From contig CAVYBH010000008.1 of NCBI GenBank assembly GCA_963766715.1, positions 256,001-320,000 of the forward strand: a stretch of DNA of 64,000 bases, in the 5' to 3' direction. How positions within the stretch are numbered: the stretch's first letter is position 1; each line of letters opens with the position of its first letter. Made by a program: the position numbers and the translations under genes. The notes beneath the pieces were generated by a model. That model made no database searches and was not told the DNA's origin. It saw only the letters and a list, made by a program, of their open reading frames with translations. Source of the stretch: an uncultured delta proteobacterium. Lineage in GTDB: Bacteria > Myxococcota > Myxococcia > Myxococcales > Anaeromyxobacteraceae. This document shows positions 56,023-64,000 of this stretch, piece after piece.

Positions 56023-57147
56023 GGCTCGTCGCCACCTGCGCGAGCGGGACCGAGGGCGCGGTCCGCAAGGAGCTGGCCCGGCTGGGCATGCGCCACGCCA
56101 AGGGCGCGCGCGGGGCCGTGTCCTTCGAGGGGAGCATCGACGACGGGATGCGGGCCTGCCTCTGGTCGCGGACCGCCATGCGGATCCTGGCCCCGCTCGC
56201 CAGCTTCCCCGCCCCCGACGCGGCCGCCCTCTACGAGGGGGTCCGCACCGTCGACTGGTCGGAGTGGCTGACCGTGAAGACCACGCTCGCGGTGGACGCC
56301 ACCGGCACGGCGCCCGGGCTGCACCACGCGGGCTTCGTCGCGCTGAAGGTGAAGGACGGGGTGGTCGACGACCTGCGCGACCGGCTGGGCGGCCGGCCCG
56401 ACGTGGACACCCACGACCCCGACGTCCGCATCGTGGTCCACCTGTCCCGGGGACAGGCCGAGCTGTCGCTCGACCTCTCCGGCGCCCCCCTCTACCGGCG
56501 CGGCTACCGGACCTCGATCGAGGAGGCCCCGCTGAAGGAGACGCTGGCCGCCTCGATCCTGGCGCTCGGCGGCGTCGACCACGACCTCCCGTTCCTGGAT
56601 CCGCTCTGCGGCTCGGGGACCCTCGCCATCGAGCACGCCATGGCCGCCCGCCGGATCGCGCCCGGGCTCCGGCGCGCCTTCGGCTTCCAGCGCTGGCCGC
56701 GCTACCGGGGCGAGTGGCAGTCCGCCTGGGACCGGCTGAAGGAGGAGGCGCGCGCCGCGGCCCTTCCCGCGGCCCCGGCGCCCATCCGGGCGAGCGACAT
56801 CTCGAAGGACGCGCTCGAGGCCGCGAGGCGCAACGCGCGCGCCGCCGGCGTGGACGCGGACGTGGTGATCGAGCAGGTCGAGGCGCGAACCATCCAGCCC
56901 TTCGGCGAGCAGCGGCACGATCTGCACCAACCCGCCCTACGGGGAGCGGATCGGCGGCCAGCCGCTGCAGCTGGCCGGCTTCTACCGCGGGCTCGGCGAG
57001 GCGTTCCGCAGGTTCCACGGGTGGAGCGTGGTCGTGCTCTCCGGCAACCCGCTGCTCGAGCGGAACGTCGGGCTCCGGCCCGAATGGACCCACTCGCTCT
57101 GGAACGGCCCACTCGAGGTGAAGCTCCTGCGGTTCCTCGTCCCCTGA
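56019..57147 (+). CDS. THUMP-domain RNA methyltransferase (RlmL-like), frameshift near 56910
   Basis: LWSRTAMRIL, KVKDGVVD, LYRRGYR, APLKETLAA, DPLCGSGT, NPPYGERI, LWNG. Confidence 0.9.
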
Positions 57148-57262
57148 GGGTCCCCGCCCCTCATCTTTCCCGGTCGCGACAGCGGACCCTCGATTAGGAT
57201 ATCCGGGCTTTTTGGCCCACCCGCACGGGTCGTCCCGGCGGGATCGAGAAAGAAGGAACCCC

Positions 57263-57886
57263 ATGAAGTCGATCCTCCGCGCCTGCGCGTCCACGGTCGC
57301 GCTCCTCGTCCTCTCCTCCTGCGCCACCACGAACCTGGTCCAGACCTGGCGCGACCCGAACTACCAGGCCACCCCGGTGAAGCGGATCTTCATCGTCGGG
57401 ATCATGCCCAACGACACCTACCGCGTGTCGTTCGAGAACGCGCTGGCCCAGTCGCTGCAGTCGAAGGGCTTCCAGGCCGCCACGGCGTCCAGCGTCTTCC
57501 CGCCCGGGCAGCTCGACAAGGAGAAGGTCCAGCAGTACGTGAGCAGCAACCAGGTCGACCTGGTGATCGTGCAGCGGCTCGCCAAGAAGACCACCGCCGA
57601 GTACGTGCCCCCCACCGTCTCCTACGTCCCGCCCGCGCCCTACTACGGCGGCTGGTACGGCGCCTACGGGTACGGCTACGGCGCGGTCTACTCCCCCGGC
57701 TACATCGACGAGCAGACCACCGTGATGGCCGAGACCAACGTCTACTCGACGAAGACCCAGCCCGAGCTGCTGGTCTGGAGCGGCAACTCCGACACCTTCA
57801 ACGTCCAGGACGCCCAGGGCGCGGCCTCGTCCCTCTCCGCCGCGCTGGTCGGGGACCTCATCAAGGCCGGGATCCTGGTCAAGTAG
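57263..57886 (+). CDS. Lipoprotein with Tyr/Gly-rich segment (DUF4136-like)
   Basis: LVLSSC lipobox, QTWRDP, YYGGWYGAYGYGY, LVWSG. Confidence 0.8.
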   Translation: MKSILRACASTVALLVLSSCATTNLVQTWRDPNYQATPVKRIFIVGIMPNDTYRVSFENALAQSLQSKGFQAATASSVFPPGQLDKEKVQQYVSSNQVDLVIVQRLAKKTTAEYVPPTVSYVPPAPYYGGWYGAYGYGYGAVYSPGYIDEQTTVMAETNVYSTKTQPELLVWSGNSDTFNVQDAQGAASSLSAALVGDLIKAGILVK

Positions 57887-57888
57887 CG

Positions 57889-58659
57889 ATGCGCCCCACA
57901 TCCTGGGACGTGTCGCCGCGCTCGTGGCTGCGGCCACGGTGTCGCTCGCCTGGCCCATCGACACCTTTGGTTGAGGCGTCTCCGCGCCCGTGGGTCCCAC
58001 GGCAACGGCTCGCAGCCTCTGTGACGCGGACGACTCGGCCCCGGGGAGCCCGGCGGCCGAGCCCCGGCCGTGGCGTGTGGCGGCCGCCTACGGGTGGCTC
58101 TCGTCCTCGCTCCGCTTCGGGGACGTGACGGCCCCGTTCGATCAGCGGAGCGTGGCGGTCTCGGTCTCGCGGAGCCTGGGCCCGCAGTGGACGGTCTCGG
58201 CCGGCGCGGGCGCCGTCGTCTCGGGGAACATCGACGCCGGCGGCGTCTCCTACCGGATGGACCCGGGCTGGCTCGCCCGGCTCGGCGTCTCCTGGCTGCC
58301 GCTCGACGGGAGCGGCCCCTGGCCCTTCCTGGCGCTGTCGGGGAGCCTGGCAGCCTCGGGGGTGCAGACCACCGGCCCGGACGGCGTCCAGGCGCCGCTC
58401 ACCTCGCTCGACGCGGGGCTGTCGGTGAGCGCCGGCAAGTCGATCGCCGGCATCGTGGCGCCCTACGTCGGGGCCAAGGTCTTCGGCGGCCCGGTCTTCT
58501 GGCAGCTCGCCGGCGCCTCCACCACCGGCACCGACGTGAGCCACTGGCAGGTGGCCTTCGGCCTGGCCGCGAACCTGCCGTTCGGCATCGACCTGCTCGC
58601 GGAGTGGGCGCCCTTCGGCGCCCAGTCCGCGGTCGTGCAGGCCGGCTGGACCTTGCTAG
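57889..58659 (+). CDS. Predicted outer-membrane beta-barrel protein, candidate selenoprotein (in-frame TGA 57972-57974)
   Basis: Signal peptide (after restoring one C in the C-run near 57895), G-TGA-G in frame with ORF 57990, SECIS-like hairpin, alternating beta-strand pattern, C-terminal QAGWT(F/L) at a near-frame TAG. Confidence 0.7.
57973..58019 (+). promoter_or_regulatory. Candidate bacterial SECIS element
   Basis: GAGGC/GCCTC lower stem; CCGTGG/CCACGG upper stem with GGTC starting 19 nt after the TGA. Confidence 0.65.
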
Positions 58660-59963
58660 TTCGCCTTCAGCTTCTCCAGCCGCCCCTCGAGCCGCTTCAC
58701 GAGGCGCGGGTTCTGCTGCGCCGGCGGAAGCGTCGAGGCGAAGGCGATGGCGTCCCCGAGGGCCTTCCGGGCCCCGGCGACGTCGCCCTTCGCCTCGAGG
58801 ATGGTGGCCCGCTGGGCGAGGACGCGGACCTTGCGCGGCCCGTAGGCGAGCGGCAGGGCTCGCTCCGACGCGGCGAGCGCCTCGTCCGGCTTCTTCAGCT
58901 CGAGGTAGAGCAGCGCCAGCCGGTAGGGCGGGTTGTAGTCCTGCGGCGCGGCCTTCTCCGACGCGAGGAGGAGCGGGACCGCGCGCGCCGGGTCGTGGAG
59001 CTCGAGGGCGGCGCCCACGATCCAGGAGTCGAGCATGGTGCGGGCCTCGGGGGTCTTGCCGGCGTCGCGCTCGGCGACGAGGAAGCTCCACCACTCCTCG
59101 GCGCGGGCCTTCGCCCCCTTCTCGTCGCCGGCCTTGCGGCGGGCCGTGACGAGCTGCTCGTAGATGCCGGCCCGGTCGTCGGCCAGCACGCCCGGGAGCT
59201 TCACGGCCTCGGCCGCGAGCGGCTCGAGCCTCGCCGCGGCGCCCTTCGCCCAGGGCTCGTCCGAGTCGTTGGCGCAGGTGAGCCCCATCGCGACGACGTT
59301 CGCGAACGACTGGCCGCGGGCCATGCCGGGCGCCTCCGTGGCGGCCACCTCGGCGCAGCGCTCCGGACGCCCGGTGGTCTGCAGCCCGGACACGAGCGAC
59401 TCGAGCGTGCGGGCCCGGCGAGGCCAGCCCGGACCGCCCTTCGCGAGCGCCTTCTCCCAGAGCGCGACGGCCTCCGCCGTCCGCCCCGCGCCGCTCTCGC
59501 GGTCGGCCTGGGCCAGGAGCGCGTCGGGGCCTTCGCCCTCCCCGCCCTTCACGGCGCGCTCCCCGTCGGCAAGCAGCGTGGACAGGTCCGCGGCCGTGGC
59601 CGTGCCCAGCCACCGCAGCACCGGCTTCTCGGTGACGGGGTCGATGACGAGGAACGTCGGCCAGACCTCGATGGGGAACTTCTCGAGGAACCCGGCGTTG
59701 CCTTCCTTCTCGGTGTCGATCTCGAGCCAGACGAACCGCCCGGCCATCTTCACGAGCGCCGGGTCACGCAGGACCGTGGCGCGCATGAAGTTGCACGTCT
59801 TTCACCAGGGGGCCCAGGCGTCGACGAAGACCGGGACCTTCCGGGCCTTCGCCTCGGCGATGGCCCTCGGCCAGTCGTCGGAGATCCAGCCCGGGCCCTC
59901 GGCCGCGGCGAGCGCCGGGGCGAGGAGGAGGGCGGCTACGAGGAGGGAACGGGACGAGCGCAT
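58656..59963 (-). CDS. Exported thioredoxin-like + TPR-like protein with UxxC motif, candidate selenoprotein (TGA 59802-59804, codon 54)
   Basis: Single frame from ATG 59963: signal peptide, WISDDW..A.AEAK..KVPVFVDAWAPW-TGA-KTC, then WPTF cis-Pro loop and helical repeats. Confidence 0.88.
59748..59790 (-). promoter_or_regulatory. Candidate bacterial SECIS element
   Basis: Hairpin CTTCATG-C-GCGCC...GGCGC-T-CGTGAAG starting 12 nt after the TGA; apical part can form CACG/CGTG around a GTCCTG loop. Confidence 0.6.
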
Positions 59964-60044
59964 GGGGCGGGAGTCTAGTCTCGCGCCGTCCCGGAGGCCA
60001 ACCGTCCGCGGGGGCTCGCGTCGGCCGGGACGGTGGGCCGGGGT

Positions 60045-61886
60045 TCACCGCCCGAGAACGCCCGCGGCGACGAGCAGCGCCACCAGGATCCCCATCAGGC
60101 TCTCGCCGGCGATGAAGCCGGATGCCACCGGGACCACGGTCTGGTCGGCGAGCGCCGGGCGGCGGCGCTGCAGCCAGGTGGCCACCGCCGAGCCGAGGAA
60201 CATGGCGATGGAGTTGTTGGCGGGGATGACCATGGCGATCCCCAGCCCGGATGGAGAGGGCACCCAGGGGCGCCAGCTCCGGGGCAGGAGCTTCTCGGCG
60301 AGCACGAGCAGCACGCCGAGCGCCGCGCCCACGGCGATGGCGACCCGGGCGGTCGGATGCAGCGAGCCGAAGCCGGAGACGAGGACCTTGGAGACGCCGG
60401 CCCAGACCTGCGACGCCGGAGCGGGGAAGGCCTGCGAGCCCAGCACCGAGGCGTCGGGGACGAGCAGCGCGAAGGCCGGGACGATGGTCGCCGCGCCGGC
60501 CACGACGCCGATGAGCTGGGCCGCCATCTGCTGCCGGGGGCTCGCGCCGAGAAGCCACCCGGTCTTGAAGACGGTGAGCAGGTCGGCCGAGTGGAGGCCG
60601 ACGCCGCCGGTGGCGTTCGCCCCCATGACGTTCGCCTCCATCCGGCCGGGCAGGAGCCCCCCGTAGACGAACTGGGTGAGCGGCCCGAGCGCCTTGGTGG
60701 GCGTGATGTCGGTCTCCCCCGTGACCCGCGCCGCGACCACCGCCATGACGAGCGCGAGCGGGAGGGTGAGCGCGCCCATCCACCACGGGATCCCGAAGAG
60801 GCGCGACATGAGCCAGACCACCACCGGCCCCACCGTGAGGACCCCCATGACGAACCAGGCCCCGGGGATCTCCACCGCGGCGATGGGATCGCCGCCCGTC
60901 CTCTCGCCGCGGCGGAAGAGCGCCGCGATCTCCCGGAAGGATCGGGCCACGCTCTCCCACTGGAACGCGAAGGAGAGGAGCCCGGACGAGACCAGCATCC
61001 CGGCTGCGCCCCAGAGCGACCAGCCCACGATGGCCCGATAGCTCGCCACCGCGACGATGCCCTCGCGGACCAGCCAGGGACCGATGAAGCCGTAGGTGAC
61101 CACCGCGCCCAGGAGCATGGAGGCCGTGGTGCGGATGCCCATGAGCGCACCGCCGCCGAGCATGAGCACGCTCGTCTCCAGCGAGAGCGTCCACCGGGCC
61201 GCCGGCAGCCCCGCGATCGTGAACGGCAGCCCGATGGCGTCGGGCAGGTTCCACGGCATCCATCGGGCCTTCACGTCCTTGAGGAGCGCCACCGCCACGC
61301 CGACGGCGCTCGCGCCGGCCAGCCAGCGGGCCTTGGTCACGCCCTCGCCACTGCGGGCGTGGAGGGCGCGGATGGTCTCGGCCGTGGCGGTCCCGGTGGG
61401 GAACGGCAGCGCCTCGACGTTCACCAGCTGGCGCTTCACCGGGATGGCGATGAAGACCCCGAGCGCGGCCACCGCGGCGAACCAGAGGAAGAGCCACGGC
61501 CCGGGCGGCGCGGCGCCGGTGAGCATCATCAGGGCGCCGAGCGCGGCCAGGTTTCCGCCCCCGGTCATGTACCCGGCGCCGGAGGCCACGGAGGCCATGG
61601 CGTTGTTCTCGAGATCCCCGAACTCGCGGCGGGAGAGCCCGAGGCCCCCCAGCAGCCGGAAGAGGGCCCAGGCCGCGATGCAGGCGGTCAGGGTGACGCC
61701 CAGGCTCCAGCCGGTCTTCAGCACCACGTAGAGGTTGGAGAGCGCCATGACGGCGCCGAGCAGCACGCCGACGCCGATGGCCCGGAAGGTGAGCTGGGGA
61801 ACGCCCGGACGGTAGACCTGGGTGAGCCAGGCCTGCTCCGGATCCTTCCTCTCCCGGGCGGGCTCTCCGCCACCGTCCCGCGCCAC
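60045..61886 (-). CDS. OPT family oligopeptide transporter
   Basis: QLTFRA, SNLYVVLKTGW, LENN, LPFPTGTATA, GETDITP, FPAP, ASGFIAGES. Confidence 0.93.
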   Translation of the reverse strand: MARDGGGEPARERKDPEQAWLTQVYRPGVPQLTFRAIGVGVLLGAVMALSNLYVVLKTGWSLGVTLTACIAAWALFRLLGGLGLSRREFGDLENNAMASVASGAGYMTGGGNLAALGALMMLTGAAPPGPWLFLWFAAVAALGVFIAIPVKRQLVNVEALPFPTGTATAETIRALHARSGEGVTKARWLAGASAVGVAVALLKDVKARWMPWNLPDAIGLPFTIAGLPAARWTLSLETSVLMLGGGALMGIRTTASMLLGAVVTYGFIGPWLVREGIVAVASYRAIVGWSLWGAAGMLVSSGLLSFAFQWESVARSFREIAALFRRGERTGGDPIAAVEIPGAWFVMGVLTVGPVVVWLMSRLFGIPWWMGALTLPLALVMAVVAARVTGETDITPTKALGPLTQFVYGGLLPGRMEANVMGANATGGVGLHSADLLTVFKTGWLLGASPRQQMAAQLIGVVAGAATIVPAFALLVPDASVLGSQAFPAPASQVWAGVSKVLVSGFGSLHPTARVAIAVGAALGVLLVLAEKLLPRSWRPWVPSPSGLGIAMVIPANNSIAMFLGSAVATWLQRRRPALADQTVVPVASGFIAGESLMGILVALLVAAGVLGR

Positions 61887-62018
61887 TAGGGCTCCCGTCC
61901 CGCGGACGGATTCCGATCGAACCGCGTCGAACGAGGCACCCGGGACGCTCGCATGGTGCGCGAGTCTAGTCCCGGGTGCCCGGGGGAGCCACCTCGTGGC
62001 GAGGGGGTGAGTGCGCGG

Positions 62019-62412
62019 CTACTTCGAGGCGACGGTCGTCCTGGCCGGTGCGGCGCGGGGAGCCGGGGCGGGCGTCGCGGGCTGGGAAGCGGCCATGCCG
62101 GCGGCGGGGGCCCTCATCTGCGGCCAGGTGGGGTCGGAGTAGACGGAGCCGGCTCGCGACGTCGGAGGCGGCCACGCCGACGCCCGGAGACTGGTAGTTG
62201 GCCGCCAGCCAGGGCGCGACGCCGCCCGGGGAGGGACGCTTGCCGGTCTCCGCGGGGCCGTTCAGGCCGATGCCGGGCATGAGGTTGTCGAGGTTCGGCC
62301 AGGTCGGGTCGCTGCACACGGTGCAGTCCTTGGCCGGGTCGGCGGCCAGGGCAGGGGCGGAGAAGGCGGCGAGGACTGCGGCGAGGGCGATGCGGCGGTT
62401 CCAGTGGTTCAC
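62019..62412 (-). CDS. Small exported protein with SDPTWP repeats (frameshift near 62150)
   Basis: GGGAG RBS, signal peptide ending APALA, CTVCSDPTWP and, after repair, SVYSDPTWP...TTVASK-stop. Confidence 0.65.
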
Positions 62413-62432
62413 GGTGACTCCCTTTGGTTGAA

Positions 62433-62474
62433 GGTGACAGTGTCAACATAGAGATCGATGTGGACGGTGTCAAC
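62433..62474. promoter_or_regulatory. Two palindromic operators, probably bound by the adjacent TetR
   Basis: GGTGACAGTGTCAAC (62433-62447, core TGACA-G-TGTCA) and GTGGACGGTGTCAAC (62460-62474) between divergent genes. Confidence 0.7.
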
Positions 62475-62494
62475 TTCATTCTGCATGGGCTAGG

Positions 62495-63181
62495 ATGGCT
62501 CCCGTGAAATCCCCTTCGCGAACGGGCTCCCGGGCCTCCCGCCCGCCCCGGCGCGCGGTGGCCAAGCGGGAGGGGACCTTCCACCACGGCGACCTGGAAT
62601 GGGCGCTGCTCGAGGCCGCCAGCCAGCTCCTCGAGAAGGAGGGGCCGCTCGGCGTCGGGCTCCGCGCCGCGGCCCGGCTGGCCGGCGTCTCCCACAACGC
62701 GCCCTACCGCCACTTCCAGAACCGCGAGTCGATCCTGGCGGCGCTGGCGGCCCGCGGCCTCCGGGAGCTGGCGGAGCGGATGACCGCCGCCGCGAAGGGC
62801 GGACGCGACGCGCGCGAGGCCCTCACCGCCATCGCCGAGACCTACCTGAGCCTGGCCGCCGAGCGCCCTTCCCTGTTCCGGCTCATGTTCGGGCCGGAGG
62901 TGGCCGACAAGACCCGCCACCCCGAGGTCCGGGAGGCGGGGCTCGGCGCCTACCAGATCCTCATCGACACCATCGCCGAGGGGCAGCGCACCGGCGTGGT
63001 GCGGTCCGGCGACCCCGCCGAGATCGCGCTCGGGCACTGGGCCGCGGTCCACGGGGCGGCGTCCCTCCTGGTGGACGGCGTGCTGGCGGAGCGGGCGCGC
63101 GACCTGGGCGGGCCGTCGGGCCTGGCCCGCATGGTCGCCGAGCAGGTCCGGCTGGGCACCGAGCCGCGCCGCGGCGGGTGA
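62495..63181 (+). CDS. TetR/AcrR family regulator (WHG-type C-terminal domain)
   Basis: FHHGDL, GLRAAARLAGVSHNAPYRHF, WAAVHG. Confidence 0.95.
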   Translation: MAPVKSPSRTGSRASRPPRRAVAKREGTFHHGDLEWALLEAASQLLEKEGPLGVGLRAAARLAGVSHNAPYRHFQNRESILAALAARGLRELAERMTAAAKGGRDAREALTAIAETYLSLAAERPSLFRLMFGPEVADKTRHPEVREAGLGAYQILIDTIAEGQRTGVVRSGDPAEIALGHWAAVHGAASLLVDGVLAERARDLGGPSGLARMVAEQVRLGTEPRRGG

Positions 63182-63313
63182 CGTCCCCTCCCTCCTCCGA
63201 GCGATTCCTGGACGCGCTGCGCAATGCGGCCGGCCAGCGCAGGCGTTAACGTCGCCTGGCCGCCCACCCGCCCGGGCGGCCAGCGACGAGAACCCAACGC
63301 AGTGGAGGTCGCC

Positions 63314-64000
63314 ATGGCGCTCCGGATCCTTTCCGCCGCACTGCTTTTCCTCTCCGTCACGGCCGGACCGGCCCATGCGGCGCCGGTGCCGGGCGTCACC
63401 GACACCGAGATCACGATCGGCATCACCGGACCGCTGTCCGGGCCGGCCGCGGCCTGGGGCACGATCGCGCTCGCCTCCGAGGCCTACGCGGCCCACGTGA
63501 ACCAGCAAGGGGGCGTGCACGGGCGAAAGCTGAAGATCGTCCTCAAGGACGACGGCTACAACCCCGGCCGCGCGGTGGCCAACTTCAACGAGATGAAGGA
63601 CTCGGTGTTCGCGGTGATCGGGACCGTGGGCACGGCCGTGCTGAACGCCAACAAGGACCTGGTGGCGGAGGCCGGTCTCCCGCTCGTCTACCCGCTCGGC
63701 AACGTCCAGGTCTTCGCCAAGCAGCCGAAGGAGAAGGTCCGCACGGTGTTCCAGGTCTACCCGGACTACGCCGACGAGGCGGAGTTCCTGGTCGGGCAGG
63801 CCGCCAAGCTGGAGAACGTGAAGAAGCTGGGCTTCTTCGGGCAGAACGACGACTACGGCAAGCAGGGCCTGGAAGGCGCGAAGCGCGGCCTGGCCAAGAA
63901 CCCGGGCGTCTCGATCGTGGGCGAGGTCTTCTACGAGGTCACCGATCGCGAGCTGGGGACGCAGGCGCTGAAGCTGAAGGACTCGGGCGCCGAGGCCGTG
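63314..64000 (+). CDS. ABC transporter substrate-binding protein (branched-chain amino acid type), truncated by window end
   Basis: GGAGG RBS, signal peptide, GVTDTEITIG..PLSGPAA, NQQGGVHGRKL..DDGYNP, QNDDYG. Confidence 0.92.
   Translation, partial: MALRILSAALLFLSVTAGPAHAAPVPGVTDTEITIGITGPLSGPAAAWGTIALASEAYAAHVNQQGGVHGRKLKIVLKDDGYNPGRAVANFNEMKDSVFAVIGTVGTAVLNANKDLVAEAGLPLVYPLGNVQVFAKQPKEKVRTVFQVYPDYADEAEFLVGQAAKLENVKKLGFFGQNDDYGKQGLEGAKRGLAKNPGVSIVGEVFYEVTDRELGTQALKLKDSGAEAV

Noticed and set aside
57990..59978. 662-aa plus-strand ORF as one protein
   Set aside because: Only the first ~220 codons look like real protein; the rest is antisense to the thioredoxin-TPR gene and results from a probable extra base near 58655.
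63250..63288. Strong hairpin in the leader of the ABC substrate-binding gene as a riboswitch
   Set aside because: No recognisable aptamer motif, and GC-rich hairpins arise easily in this genome.

Overview
Very GC-rich bacterial chromosomal segment. Gene content and the RecA sequence suggest Myxococcota / Anaeromyxobacter-like, which is an inference. More than 20 otherwise intact genes, including glmS, pstS, pstA and ppk1, are split by single-base indels. I read these as long-read assembly errors rather than pseudogenes. Contents in order: 3' part of glmS, thpR, two tandem copies of a 24-aa hydrophobic micro-ORF, a 5'-3' exonuclease divergent from recA (SOS-box-like site between), a LETM1-like gene, fmt-rsmB-rpe, UDG plus DUF429-like, a TPAT-type TRAP transporter, and an MFP-RND-TolC operon ending in a sphingomyelin-synthase-like gene. 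Next come assorted enzymes and a five-gene transglutaminase / amidoligase / cp-ATP-grasp / alpha-E operon with a sigma54 promoter and a catalytically degenerate GATase-II domain. A ~17 kb phosphate block follows (phosphoesterases, GT21 glycosyltransferase, ppk1, phoA, pstSCAB-phoU, phoBR, Pho-box-like repeats, candidate sRNA). Near the end are two convergent genes the ORF track misses because each has an in-frame TGA followed by a SECIS-like hairpin. One is an exported thioredoxin-TPR protein with a UxxC motif. The other is a predicted outer-membrane beta-barrel with Sec at or near its mature N-terminus. These candidate selenoproteins are the most striking result. I saw no rRNA, tRNA, CRISPR array or mobile element.
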